Position numbers and translations under genes: made by a program. A model generated the notes under the pieces. It saw nothing but the letters and a program-made list of their open reading frames with translations, was not told the origin of the DNA and searched no databases. From NCBI GenBank assembly GCA_033442325.1, contig JAWQFM010000014.1, forward strand, positions 1,018,391 through 1,082,390: a stretch of DNA of 64,000 nucleotides. The letters run 5' to 3'. Each line of letters starts with the position of its first letter. Position 1 is the first letter of the stretch. Source of the stretch: Salpingoeca rosetta (Eukaryota > Protista > Choanoflagellata). Shown here one piece after another: positions 21,437-34,378 of this stretch.

Positions 21437-23440
21437 TCACGCCTCTGCGGTTGGCACGGAAAAGAGCTCTGCGTATCGTCGGTGCGGGTCGAGGAGGTCG
21501 CGGTAGTGGCTTACGAGCATGTCCGTGGCATGTCGCCAGGTCAACGTCCCGCTCTTGCGCACAACCTCCAGCGCATTGGCGGCAAGCTCCTCGCGCAGCT
21601 GCGGCTTGTAGATGAGCTCTGTCAGCGCGTTGGCCCAGCGGTGGGGCTTGCCAGACTCGATAATGTACCCCGTCTTGCCATCCTCCACCAGCTCCTTGCT
21701 GCCGGGCGCATCTGCGACCACGACGGGCAGACCTGACGCCATCGCTTCCAGCGTGACGGCGCCCCACGTCTCTGTCAGGCTCGGGAAGAAGAACACGTCG
21801 GCGCTGGCAAACGCCGTGGAGAGGTTGCGGCCGTTGAGAAACCCCATGAACACGGCGTGCGGCAGCTCGGCCTCCATGGCGGGGCGCGCGGGCCCGTCGC
21901 CCACCACCACCGCCACAAAGTCTTCGTTGTGCTGCTCCATCAGCTTGAGCGCTTCAATCACCTCCTGCAGGTTCTTCTCCCACACCAGCCTGCACACGGT
22001 GAGCACGACCGTGGTGCGGGGCGCTGCGCCCCACTGCTCCCGCAGCGCAGGCGACCTTGCCTCCACGTTGAACATGCTCAGGTCGATGCCACGCGGCCAC
22101 AGCCTCAGGTCTGTCTTCACGCCGTGGTCCGCGAGCTCCTCTGCCACGGATGGCGTGGGCGGGTACGTGTGCTGGCACTTGCCGTAGAAGGCGCGCATCC
22201 ACGTCCACAGCGCCGAGTCCACGGACGAGAGCAGCTGGTTGTGGCCGAGGTAGTAGGGGAGGTACGAGTTGAAGCGCGTGTGGTATGAGCACACGACGGG
22301 GATGTGGTGCTCAATGGCCCACCGCTGCACCTGGTGGCCGAGGTAGTCTGGCGTCGCCACATGCACAATGTCGGGCTTGAAGGCCTCAAACAGCTGCCGC
22401 GAGCACGAGTCAAGGCCCAGCGCCAGGCGGTACTCTGGGCGGAAGGGCACCGACACGGAGTACGCCGGATACAGCAGCCCCTGGTGCTCCATGAGCGGCA
22501 CGTCGCCCGTGGGCGCGATGACAATGACCTGGAAATCGCGCTGCTGCAGCTCTCCCACCAGCCTGTTCAGCGTCTTGGACACGCCGTCCACAATGTTGTT
22601 GTAGGCGCCAGAGGACACGAGGATTTTGGGGCCTTTGCGTGCGTAGGAGACGTTGATGCCCAGCTGGAACTCCGGGCAGCCCGGCGCCAGCTGCTGCAGG
22701 ATGGGCGGCTGGTTGTCGTAGGAGCGCTGCTGCCGCGCCAGCTCATACTCCACCTCGTCCGAGCCGCTGCCCATGCGCACCACGCCAACCACGACCAGCA
22801 GCACCACAAAGGCGACGCCGATGAGCGCGCGGCGCCGCGAGCGGTGCGGGTCGCCACGGAACCACGCCAGCAGCGGGCCAGCAAAGGACGCCGTGTAGCC
22901 AGAGGCCGGGGACGATGGCGACGACGCAGACGGCGACGACGCAGAGGAGGATGCTGACGCCGACGTCCTGTGGCCTCTTCCCGCACCAACACCACCAACA
23001 GCGACGGAGAGGAGCGGCGTGGTTGCGGGCGAGTGGAACGAGGCGGAGGACTCGGAAGACGCTGGGTAAGACGGCGTTTGCGCCAGGGACGTGGGCGATG
23101 TTGGGCCCGTGGACGTCGCGGTGTAGCCGCAGCGCGAGGGCGGCGGGGACGAGGCCGAGTGCGAGGACCCAACGGAGTGGCGCGAGGAGTTACGTGAGTG
23201 GGCGCTGCGCGTGGCCCTCGAGCTGCCATGCTGATGATGATGATGATGATGATGGTGATGAAAGGAATTGCTGTTGCCAGCACCATTGCTGCTGTGATGC
23301 GTGTTGCGGAACGCGTTGGTAAACCCACCACCATCAGCATCATCGGCCTCCACCATCGGCGTGACAGCAGGAGCATCCGCTCGCCTATCGCTCATGCCAC
23401 CGCCGCCATTCCCGCCGCTGCTGCTTGTTCTCCTGTGCAT
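21437..23440 (-). CDS. GT4 glycosyltransferase (SQD2/MgtA/Agt-like glycolipid synthase) with N-terminal TM anchor, intronless
   Basis: VDGVSKTL, PDIVHVATP, SYHTRF, WPRGID, RLVWEKNL, VGDGP, FPSLTETWGAVTLEAMASGLPVV (E-x7-E). First ATG at 23440; RRRR-ALIGVAFVVLLVVVGVV TM segment. Confidence 0.92.
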   Translation of the reverse strand: MHRRTSSSGGNGGGGMSDRRADAPAVTPMVEADDADGGGFTNAFRNTHHSSNGAGNSNSFHHHHHHHHHQHGSSRATRSAHSRNSSRHSVGSSHSASSPPPSRCGYTATSTGPTSPTSLAQTPSYPASSESSASFHSPATTPLLSVAVGGVGAGRGHRTSASASSSASSPSASSPSSPASGYTASFAGPLLAWFRGDPHRSRRRALIGVAFVVLLVVVGVVRMGSGSDEVEYELARQQRSYDNQPPILQQLAPGCPEFQLGINVSYARKGPKILVSSGAYNNIVDGVSKTLNRLVGELQQRDFQVIVIAPTGDVPLMEHQGLLYPAYSVSVPFRPEYRLALGLDSCSRQLFEAFKPDIVHVATPDYLGHQVQRWAIEHHIPVVCSYHTRFNSYLPYYLGHNQLLSSVDSALWTWMRAFYGKCQHTYPPTPSVAEELADHGVKTDLRLWPRGIDLSMFNVEARSPALREQWGAAPRTTVVLTVCRLVWEKNLQEVIEALKLMEQHNEDFVAVVVGDGPARPAMEAELPHAVFMGFLNGRNLSTAFASADVFFFPSLTETWGAVTLEAMASGLPVVVADAPGSKELVEDGKTGYIIESGKPHRWANALTELIYKPQLREELAANALEVVRKSGTLTWRHATDMLVSHYRDLLDPHRRYAELFSVPTAEA

Positions 23441-23731
23441 TCTCTCTCGTCCAAACAAACGCTCTCGTCAGCCCTTCGCTCCCTCTCTCGCTCTCTCGCT
23501 CGCGCTGGTGCGGGGTGTGGTGTGTGCGTGGTGTGTGCGTGGGTTTGTTGTGGTTGTTGGATTGTTGTTGTCGCCGCGTTGCTGTCGTGCGCCATCAACA
23601 CCTTCCTCAGCACGGCGAAAATAAGAAATTTGGGTGACGATTGGCAATATTTTACACTGCATTTCCACCACACCCAGAATAATTTACCAAAACTCGGAGG
23701 GTGCGTGTGGGGAAAAGGCAATTCACCCACG

Positions 23732-23821
<90 letters not shown>

Positions 23822-23890
23822 TGGAAAAGAAAAGGGCGGCCAAAGCTCTCTCTCTCTCTCTCAAACAGCAGCATTGTGTGTGGTGTGTGG

Positions 23891-24961
23891 TTAGATGGCG
23901 TATGGGCGTGGAATGGCCGTGGTGTTGTGCTGGTAATCGGTTGGCTTGAGGTCCTCCAGCAGATGATACAGAACCTCTCGCCCTTCATCCTGATCCTGTG
24001 TTTTGTGAGGCGTGGAGCAAACACAAGCACAAGAGGGGAAAACCACAAGCAGCTGTGAGTGTGACAAAAGGGCACAGTGACATCACAGCGACATCACAGC
24101 ACACAAAGGGAGGCACCATGTTGACGACTGCACACGTCACATAACGCACCTGCAAATCGGCGTAGTTATTCAGGATGAAAACGCAGCAGTGCGCGACGAG
24201 CATGGAGCTGCCCAGCCGGACCGCCGTGCGGTAATACTCAAGCGCATTCTGAATTGGTGGCGGTGGTGGTGGTGGTGGTGGTGGTGGTGTGAAAGCAAGA
24301 GGGAGAGGGGAGATGGATGAGGAGGGGATGGGGGAGGAAGGGACAGACGATGAAGGAAGGTGAGATGGGCAAGGAAAAATGAAGATACACACACAGATAC
24401 ACACACACGCACACACACAGAGACATATTGACACACAGACACAGATACACATACACATACACACACACACACATACACACACGCACACAGGTACATACAG
24501 ACACACGCACACACACACACATACACACACGCACACACAAAACCGCACGTGGATGGAGAGTTTCTGTTGGAGGCGGACTTGGAGGTGGCGCTGCATGGGC
24601 TCAATCAGGAGGATGAATGCCGTCTCAAGCAGATCCAGGCACAGCTGGAGGAGGGGGAAGGGGGATAGGGGCGACGTCAGTGAAGGGAGGTGAGTGACGG
24701 GAGAGAAAGGAGGGTGAGGAGTGCAAACTCGCACAGGCACGCAATTACACACAGGCACGCAATTGCACGCACACACACACACACACACACACACATGCAC
24801 ACCTCATCGTCGTCGAGTGGGTAGTCTGCGTGGCCGGAGTAGAGGTAGTGCAGAGCAATGCGCAGCGTCGCCGGGGTCAAACCAGGCATCGATATCTGCA
24901 CACGATATGCACACACGTGGCGCACAAGTGGTAATGCACTGTTAAGATGGCCAGATGCTCA

Positions 24962-24992
<31 letters not shown>

Positions 24993-26069
24993 TCTCACCT
25001 CCCGCTGCGACGCTTCGGCCCACTCCGACTCGAGCATGGCGCGGAAGTACTCGCTCTGTGCGCACAGCACAATCCTGGCGCAGAGTTGCGGCGGAGGTGT
25101 ACAGTGAACGGTGAGTCAGCGTGTGCGCGCGTGTGTGAAAGCGAGTGCTAGAGAGCAGCACTGAAACGGTGCAGGTCCCTCATCAAGTCTGCACGAAGAC
25201 ACCCACCCACACACACACCTACACCTACACACACACACACACACACCTACACACACCTACGCACTCACACACATCTACACCCCCCCAACACACACGCACA
25301 CGCACACACATCTACACCCCCCAACACACACGCACACACGCACACACTCACTCACACACCCGCACGAACCACCACGTGCTTCTGCCGACCTGTGTGCCTG
25401 GAAAGCCGTGCCGTCATCGGCTACGAGCGTGACGTCGCTGAACACGCCCGTCTCAAGATACCGCACGAGGTCAAGATGGTGATGCTGCTGATGATGCTGA
25501 TGCTGGTGGTGTGCGGAGGTTGGCGATGGTGGCTGGTCGCCTTGCTGTGATGTGTGGTGGTGATGTGTGTGGCTGGTGTACCGCTGTCCGCTGTGGATGT
25601 GTCCGTGCTGTCCGGGAAGCGGCGGCGGCGCTGCAAACGGAAGAAACACGTTGCTCGCAACCTGCAGTGGCGTGCTGTTGTGTAGTGTTGTGTTGTGTTG
25701 TGTTGTGTTGTGTGTAGTGTTGCGTTGTGTGGGTACGTGTGTATTTTGTGTGTGCGTCAAGATAGTATGTGTGATGACAGGCCAAAACACGAAGCGTATG
25801 AGAGGCCACAGACGGCAGCCGAGATCAGGGCCATTCCCACGTCAGGCATGTACGAGTCAACACCGCACCGGCTGTGTCTGTTGGCAATGAAGATGTCGGC
25901 GCCGTTGCGAATCAGGTGCGCCATCATCTGCCCAGTGCGCGATTTGTGTAGGGTGAGGGCGATGAGGGATAGTGAGGGATGGTGAGGGATGGTGAGGGAT
26001 GGTGAGGGTACTCTCAGAAATGGATACAACCCACGCACGGAAGCACGGTACGCAGAGAAAGAAAGAAGC

Positions 26070-26155
<86 letters not shown>

Positions 26156-28056
26156 CACGTACGGGGGAGGTCTGGTTTCCTTGCTGCGACGTGAAGGGCG
26201 GTTGCGTGGCTGTTGGGATTGATGTCGTTGATCCAGAGCCCGTGATCGAGCATCATCTGAAGCCGAGGGAGGTTGATGGGGTTGAACGGGTTGAATGGGG
26301 GGGGGGGATGTTGCATGTGAGTGCGACGATGTGACAGTGGGGAAAGGTTAAGGTGTTGGCAGGCGTACAGGCGCGTGCGCGCACATACACACGCACACAC
26401 ACATACAATACACACACACACAACTCACACAACTAACACACACACACACACCTCACACCTCACACAACACACACACAACACACACACCTCACACAACACA
26501 CAACTCACACAACACACACACAACACACACACACACACACACACACATAACTCACACAATTACATGCACTTGATCACCTTGACTGCGGGCATGTTGTGTT
26601 TGTTGACGGCTGCGCTGATCCAGGCCATGTCACGGGCGGGCAGCGTCTCGCGTGTCGGCACATGCGTCCACGACAGCAGAACAGCCAAGCACTGCAGTCA
26701 AGCGGTGAAGGGTGAAGGGGTGAAGGGGAGGGGGTAATCGTGATGGTACGAGTGTAAGAGTGGTGAGGGCGAGAGAGAAGAGGGGACAGTGTGTTTGTAT
26801 GTGTGCATGCTTGCGTGTGCATGCGTATGTGTGTGTCTGTGTATGTGGCTGTATGTGTATGTGTATGTGTATGTGTCTGTGTATGTGGGTATGTATTTGT
26901 GTACGCATGTGTGTGTGTGTGTGTGCGTGTGTCTGTGCTCACCTCCAAGTGGTTGTGGCCTGCTGCCGCTTGCACAAACGACTGGTACTTCGCCTGCACC
27001 CGCGCCGGTGACACCTCCCGCAGATCCTGGCGTGGTGACGTGATGCGACAACGTGATGATTGTGGCGGTAAAGAAAGGAAGAAGGAAGAGACATGCAGTA
27101 GCAATGCAACGCACGGTGATGGGTGTGTGTCCTTCTCCCTTAATGTACGCACTGGCACACAAACACAGACAAACACAGACAAAGACACACACACACATAC
27201 ACACACACACACATGCGCGCAGTGCATCGTACGTTAAGTGCTGCCCTGAGCTGGGTGGGCTCGTGGTCTGCAATTGCGGACAGGACACGGTGGACGAGGG
27301 ACTGCGGTTCCGTCTCCGGCGGCGCCTGGGTGGACGATGTCGCCTGTTGTCCTCTCAAACGCACGTGCTCGGCCTTGTCCCACGTGCCCACGCGCTCGCG
27401 AACAACAATGGCATCGCGATGCATTTCAAACAGACGAAAACTGTTCTCCTCCGCACGCGAATACTCTGTTGACGTCAGCAAGTCGTGCATGTCCTGACGC
27501 GTGTGTGTGAGTGTGTGAGTGTGTGAGTGTGTGAGTGTGCGAATGTGTGTGTATGCGTGAGTGTGTGTGTATGCGTGAGAGTGTGTGTATGCGTGAGTGT
27601 GTGTGTGTATGTGTGCATTGCTTGAATGCACGTTTGTACTTCTCAACACCGAACCTCCACTCCCCTCTCGACACGTGCGCACTCGCATGCACACACGCTC
27701 GCGTGGGCGTGAGGACCTTACCAGCGTCTGTGCAAACTGCCTGCAGTATCCCATGAACGTGTGGTGGAGTCGATAGCAGACGGCTGCCCGGTCCCGCCGG
27801 TCGAATGTGCGCAGTCCCGGATCATGCAGCGACGCAAGCACCTGTTGCAGTGATGGGCGGTGGCGGTATTGTGTGGTACATGGTGGTGGTGGTAGTGATG
27901 GTGGTAGTGATGGTGGTAGTGATGGTGGTGGTGATGATGTGTGGTGCACGCGTGTGTGCGTGTGTGCAAAGTCGCGAAATGAGCTGAAGAGAAGAGAATG
28001 TGTAGACCGCGTGCACACACGAACACATACACACATATGCAGAACAACACGTTGTG

Positions 28057-28123
<67 letters not shown>

Positions 28124-28722
28124 ACCTGTTCTGCTCGCTGCCACAGGCGGCCGAGTGCAAGCCGCAAGGTTTCCTGCGATGACGGGAACAGCGGTGAACA
28201 GCGGTGTGAACGCGGGAGGGGGTTGGGGGTTGGGTTGACGAAGGGCACGTGGGATGCAGAACAGAAAAAAAAAAACGTCGCAGCTGAGGGGATGATTGAT
28301 GGCACAAGTACGACGCATGCGTGTGAAACTGCATGCCATCAGCGCATGCCCGCAGGTGTTTTACCTGCAGCACATGTGTGCACGGCTCTCGCTGGGAATC
28401 ATCCAGGTGAACGCGACGGCACGCAAAGCTGATGGTGGTGATGATGATAGCGGTGGTGATGGCGGTGTCAGTCGAGTGAGGTGGTGCTGAACGAACAAGG
28501 GCTGAAATGAGCGCACCGCAAGTTGAGTGTGCATCATCAGTGTGTTGTGGCCAACGCACTATACGACGGAGTTGGTGCGGACGAAGAGGGCGGCGTGCGC
28601 CGAGACAGCGCGATCAATGGCGCCCTGCAGCTGTTGGATGAGAGGGAACAAAAATAAAGGAATGGGAGGGAGTGAGGATGTCGATACATTCACACACATA
28701 GACACGGACACAGACACAGACG

Positions 28723-28806
<84 letters not shown>

Positions 28807-31155
28807 GCGTTGCTCCTCGCGCCATCATCACAGTCGTACGTGTGCGTCTGTGACGGGCTTGGACGAGTGGCACGTCTCCCGCAGGGCCTCATCTGGTCGC
28901 GAAGGTGGAGAGGCGGTGGGGCGGTGGAGGATGCGGGGCAGGTGAACTGGGGCTAGAGCGTGGTGAAATGCAACACGCATGCACAGACAGACACTCAAGA
29001 CAGACAGACAGACAGACAGACAGATACACAGACACACACATACACACATACACACACACACACACGCAGATACACAGACACACAGACACACACACACAGA
29101 TACACACACACACACACGCAGATACACACATGCAGATACACGGACACACACCCATCCCCCGCCCTGTGCGAGGCATCTCAGCTGTAAGGACTGACGTGCG
29201 CTGATGAACGTGTTGTATGCGGTGATGGCTGCCTCGAGGTCATCAACGTATTCGTGCGGCCACGAAGGGAACAGCCGCTTCGCAGCATCCCGCCCGCCCA
29301 CGCTGTCTTCAATCTGATGCCAGGAATGACAGGTGGTGATGATAGTGGCGGTGTCGAGTGAGTGAGTGAGTGCAGGTGTGCGGGTATGTGTGCGTGCGTG
29401 TGTGCGTGCGTGTGCGTGTGCGTGTGTGTTGCGAGGGAATTGCGCGTAAGCCAGTGTATGAGTGTGAGTGACTGGCATCCATCCAAGATCCTTTGCACGT
29501 GTGCAGTCACACATGCGCAGACGCCGCCGAAGAAACAGGAAGCGAGCCACACCTCAAGCGCGTCCGTGAGGAGTTGGCGGAGGGTGGAGACAGGGGGGAC
29601 ATCCTGTCGCATCACGCATGAGGGTATGGGTTACAGACGTTTTGAGCGTGGCGAATTGCAGTCCTCTCTCTATCTCTCACAGGCACACAGACAGACAGAC
29701 AGCCAGACAGACAGCCAGACAGACAGACCGACAGCAGCGACAGCAGCGACAGAGAGACACACTCTCACACACGCACTCAGGCACACACAGACACACACAC
29801 ACAGAAAGGAGATTCTGTTACACCCACTCCCCCATCCCACCCGACCCCACCTGAGCCTGTGGGAGGTTGCGCAGGAACAGGTGTGCCCGCTGCCTCCACG
29901 CGTCGCCGGCTGCATCGGCAATTCGCTCCTCTTCGCGCCGCTGTCGTCGCCGTAACCGCCACGCGAGCTCATCCATCACGTGCGTTGGCTGCGACGCTCG
30001 CAGCTGGCAGTGGGGACGCGCGTGTGTGTGAGTGTAGGTGAGTGAGTGTGTGTGTGAGTGTGAGTGAGTGAGTGCGTGAGTGAGGATGCAACATCAGCAG
30101 CCCTCTATGTTCAAACTTCAACTCCCCAACGGCATCCCCCCTCCACATCATCACCACGGCTACTTCAGACACACCTGCTCCTCCTCGTCCTCCTGCTGCT
30201 GCTCTTCGCGCGGTTGTGTTTGCCGCAGTTGTACTCCGGCCCGGATCGCCTGCAGCATGGACACGTGCGAGGATCCACCTGCATCATCATCATCGCCATC
30301 GCCATCATGATCACCATCATCACCATCATCATCATCACCATCATTGTCGTCGATGGTGGTGATGCGTTCACGGTCGTCCAGTGAGAGCACGTGCACTGGC
30401 GGGAGTGGCATGGCCTCGTGCGCGGCGTCTGCGAATTGGGGCGGCGGCGGCGGCGTTGGTGGCGGGTTCATATCCGACAGTGACGACGTTGACACCCGGT
30501 GGTCCATGGGCGACAGCACCGCCTGACGTCCATCGTGCTGTTGTTGCGGCTGGGCTTGCTCCTCGGGTTGTTGCGCAGCAGCTTCTGCTGCATGCATGCT
30601 GTGGCTGCCATCACTTGCATGTGTGCGTCGTGCTCCCCCTTCAGCTTCATCCTCCACCTCGCTCGCGTTCTGAATGCCACCACGGCCACCACCACCAACA
30701 ACAACGCCCTGTTGCTGACGCTCTGACAGGTGGAGTTCATCGCTCTCATCCAATGGCAGCTCGTCGCCGCTGCCGCCGCCACCTCCTTGGAGACGTAGAC
30801 TCAGGGATGGATGGGGCGCGTTGATGTCGTTGATGTTGTCATCGCCATCGCCATCGTCGTCAGCGGCATCAGCATCATCAGCATCCTTACCGTTGGCTCG
30901 GTTGCGCCCACTGCTGCTGCTGCTGCTGCTAAGCTTGGCAGCAGTCTTCTTGCTGCGGCGCACGCCTGTATCGAGCGAAGTGTACAGCAGTGGGCCACCA
31001 CTCATCAGCTGTGGGGGCACGGCTGCAAGCTGCGCCGGCTGTACGTGGTGGGGCGATTGATGTTTGCTTCTGAATGATGCAGCAGGTGACATGGTAGCAC
31101 GACGTTGGGCGCCGGGCTGACCCGTGGCGGGGGGTGACGCGTCCACGCTCTGCGG

Positions 31156-31248
<93 letters not shown>

Positions 31249-31676
31249 TGTGAGTGTGAGTGTGAGTGAGTGAGTGTGTGTGTGTGTGTGTGTGCATGTG
31301 TGTGTGTGTGTGCATGAGTGTGTGTGTGCAAGTGTGTGTGAGTGAGTGTGCATGTGAGTGTGAGTGTGAGTGTGAGTGTGAGTGTGTGAGTGCGTGCATG
31401 CGTGTGTGTGAGTGCGTGCATGCGTGCATGCGTGTGTGTGAGCGAAGGTGTACACGACAGCGATGTGCAAGCGGCCACTGCAAGGCCCACACTTCCTTCT
31501 TTCGCTCCCCGCTTGCTTCTTCTTACCCATGCACTGCTGCCACTGCCGCCATTACCACTGCTGCCGCTTGTGGTCCTGCTCACGTGGAACGAGAGGGAGC
31601 GTGGCTTTGGCGGCGGCACAGGCTTGCGAGCCACAGCAGGCTTCTGCCCACCTTCGCCTTCCTTCCTCCCATCCAT
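23891..31676 (-). CDS. Multi-exon protein: Pro-rich/disordered N-terminus, WH2-like motif, helical region, ankyrin repeats, BTB/BACK (ABTB-like)
   Basis: ATG 31676 ([16 protein letters not shown]); [15 protein letters not shown]; ankyrin [30 protein letters not shown]; [20 protein letters not shown]|[23 protein letters not shown]; [22 protein letters not shown]; TAA at 23891. Continuity of the N-terminal half is less certain than the ANK-BTB part. Confidence 0.75.
25962..26009. repeat. 10-bp tandem repeat (GTGAGGGATG) x5, intronic
   Basis: Direct read. Confidence 0.85.
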
Positions 31677-31870
31677 CTTCGTGTTGTAGTTGTTGTTGTT
31701 GTTGTGTGGTTGTGTCGTTGAAATCACCAACCACCAACTTCACTGACTCGACTGGTTGGTTGTTTAAGAGGACGAACGACTGGCTGGAATGTAACAATAG
31801 CAGAGAGGTGCGGGGCGCTCGCTCATACGCGCACAGGTAGACCAACCCACTGAACACGCACACACACACA

Positions 31871-31996
31871 CACACAGACACAGGCTCACGGAGACACGCA
31901 GACGCAGACACACACAGACACAGGCTCACGGAGACACGCAGACGCAGACACACACAGACACAGGCTCACGGAGACACGCAGACGCAGACACACACA
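31871..31996. repeat. Perfect 40-bp minisatellite x3 (CACACAGACACAGGCTCACGGAGACACGCAGACGCAGACA)
   Basis: Units start at 31871, 31911 and 31951. Confidence 0.93.
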
Positions 31997-32085
31997 GGCA
32001 CACACACACACAGACACACAGACACACACACACACTCACACACACACACACACACAGACACAGACACACAAATTAGATATGCGCT

Positions 32086-33023
32086 TCATCGCTCGTAAGG
32101 GTTTGCACGCAGAGGATCTTTGTGCTTGTGCTGGTGAATGTGTGCTCCGCAAGAGTCATCATCATCATCATCGTGGCTGTGGTCGCACTTGTGGTGATGG
32201 TGGCGCTTGTGTTGCCGCACCTTCTTCTTCTTCTTCTTCTTCGTCGACTTCGACTTCTTGGCCTTGTCGTGCTGCTTTGGTGCACTACTGCCATCGCCAC
32301 CGCCGTCACCTGCGTCGTCGTCGTCGTCGTTGTCAGATGAGGACGATGACGACGAGTCCTCGCCCGATGACGATTCGCTCGACGACTCTCCAAACGCACG
32401 CGGCTTGTGATAAATGCAGCACTCTGCGTGTGTGTGCGTACGATGTGTTGTGAGCAGACCGGAGAGAGAGAAAGTGAGTGTGAGTGTGCGTGCGTGTGTG
32501 TGCGGGTGAGTGAGTATGCGTGTGAGTGTGTGTGAATGTGCGTGTATTTATCCATACACACATGTGTGTGTGTGTGCGTATGACGATGCGTTGCGAGCAA
32601 GAAGGGCAGCAGGGAGGGTGACGGCAACGCGACTGCACAAACATCCAGCATCGTGCACCCAGAAAACAGAACACACAGACACACACACACAGACACACAC
32701 ACACAGACACACACACAGACACACACAGACACACACAGACACACAGACACACAGACACGGTCCATGCACGTACTTTTGGAGCTCTTCTTGCCCATGTGTT
32801 CGTTGTCGACTGTGTCCTCGGACCACTTGACGCGCTGGGCCGGCTGCCGCAACTTGACAACCACCTGAAACAGAATCAGCGAACAAGGCGGGAAATGAGA
32901 CGTTGGTGAGACGTCAGGGAGAAGCACGCCACAAGTGACAGGGACAGACTGTGCATTGCAACAAAATCACACACTGCAGCGCAAAAGCCAGCGCGAAAGA
33001 CAAAGCACACCCATTCACACACG

Positions 33024-33059
<36 letters not shown>

Positions 33060-33297
33060 TGTGCACACCCATGCACACACACACACACGCACACACACAC
33101 ACACACACAAGTGTGCACACCCATACACACACACACACACACATGCACATGGAAAGCGCTCTCACATGCGGTGCTGGTTGCGCCGTTTGCTCAACGACTT
33201 GTGTTTGGGAGCCGGTTCCGGGCTGTGCCACAGCCGTGGCCGTGGATGAAGCAGGTCCTCCTTGCGCCTGCGCCTGAGGCGGCTTTGGTTCACTCAT
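32086..33297 (-). CDS. PPP1R11: Protein phosphatase 1 inhibitor-3 (PPP1R11/Ypi1), 3 exons
   Basis: RVKWSEDTVDNEHMGKKSSK|KCCIYHKPRAFGESSSES signature (RVxW plus CCIYxKP); His-rich tail ending NPYER*. ATG at 33297, TGA at 32086. Confidence 0.95.
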
Positions 33298-33746
33298 ATC
33301 GATGCAGCAGCACTGTGACTACAGCTCAGGTGATGTGATGTGGATGTGTGTGCTCACACAAGAAGAACGAGACGACACAGCAGCAGCGGCAGCAGCAGAA
33401 CCAGCCAGCCGTTTTCCTCCTGTTGTGACAATTTGTCGATATTTTCAACCATATTTCGTACCAAATTGCGCTGCCCACCAAACCCAAACAAACCAAAAAA
33501 CAGGCAGCGAAGCAAGCGAAGCCGTAACACAGCGAGCTGTCTGCATTTCTTCTTCCTCGCGCAATCACTCGCCCACGCACTCGCCACAATCACGATCACA
33601 CAACACACAACACACACACACACACACGCCGCACGAACACCACACAAACGAAACACACCCTTCGCAACAGCTACAGCAAGCGAGCGAGACAGCCAGCAAC
33701 AGCACTTTTCGCACTCAACCCGCTCACAGCAGCATCTCCCAGCAGC

Positions 33747-34347
33747 ATGTCGTCGGCGCTGTTCGCTGTGGCGCAGGAGATGGTGCCTCGCGCCAGGCTG
33801 GTCACCCTGTCCTCGGCTCCGCGCCACTGCGGCGACACTGGTGATCACGCCACGCCAGCCTCTGTCCTCCACAGCATGCGGTTCACCGTGTGCAACACGG
33901 GTACCATGCCATGGCCACGCTCCGTCACGGTGCGCAGCGTCAACAGCGGCGAGCCCGTGGTTGTTGCGGAGCAGTGTGATGACGCCAGCCAGCGGCCAGT
34001 CCAGCCTGGGGAGGCCGTGGACGTGCTTGTCCAGGGTGCAAGATCATGCACCCTTCGTCTGACAGCCAACGACGGCGCACTGTCGTTTGGCCCTTTCCTC
34101 CACTTCCAAGTCGCCCAGCGCGCAGCAGCGTCGTCGCCACCACGGACGAGTTCAGCCACAGCCCTTGCAGTGCAGCCCACCATGGTCGTCCTGCTGAAGC
34201 CCACGCACACACACGCCGGCAACGAGCGCATCAAGGTGGCCATCAAGCTCACCCCCGCACAGGCAGCTGAGCTGCGTCGCGCCCAGCACCTACAAGAAGC
34301 AGAAGAAGAGGAGGAAGGGGAGGAGCAGCAGCGGGCCGAAGAAGAAG

Positions 34348-34378
<31 letters not shown>

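Noticed and set aside
25962-26009. Telomere-like GGG repeat
   Set aside because: 10-bp unit, not TTAGGG; short and intronic.
28559-28561. Stop codon splitting the ANK-BTB gene
   Set aside because: A GT donor inside TA|GTGCGT joins the next exon to make TAC in frame.
31871-31996. 40-bp repeats as a CRISPR-like array
   Set aside because: Head-to-tail identical units without spacers, no cas genes, eukaryotic context.
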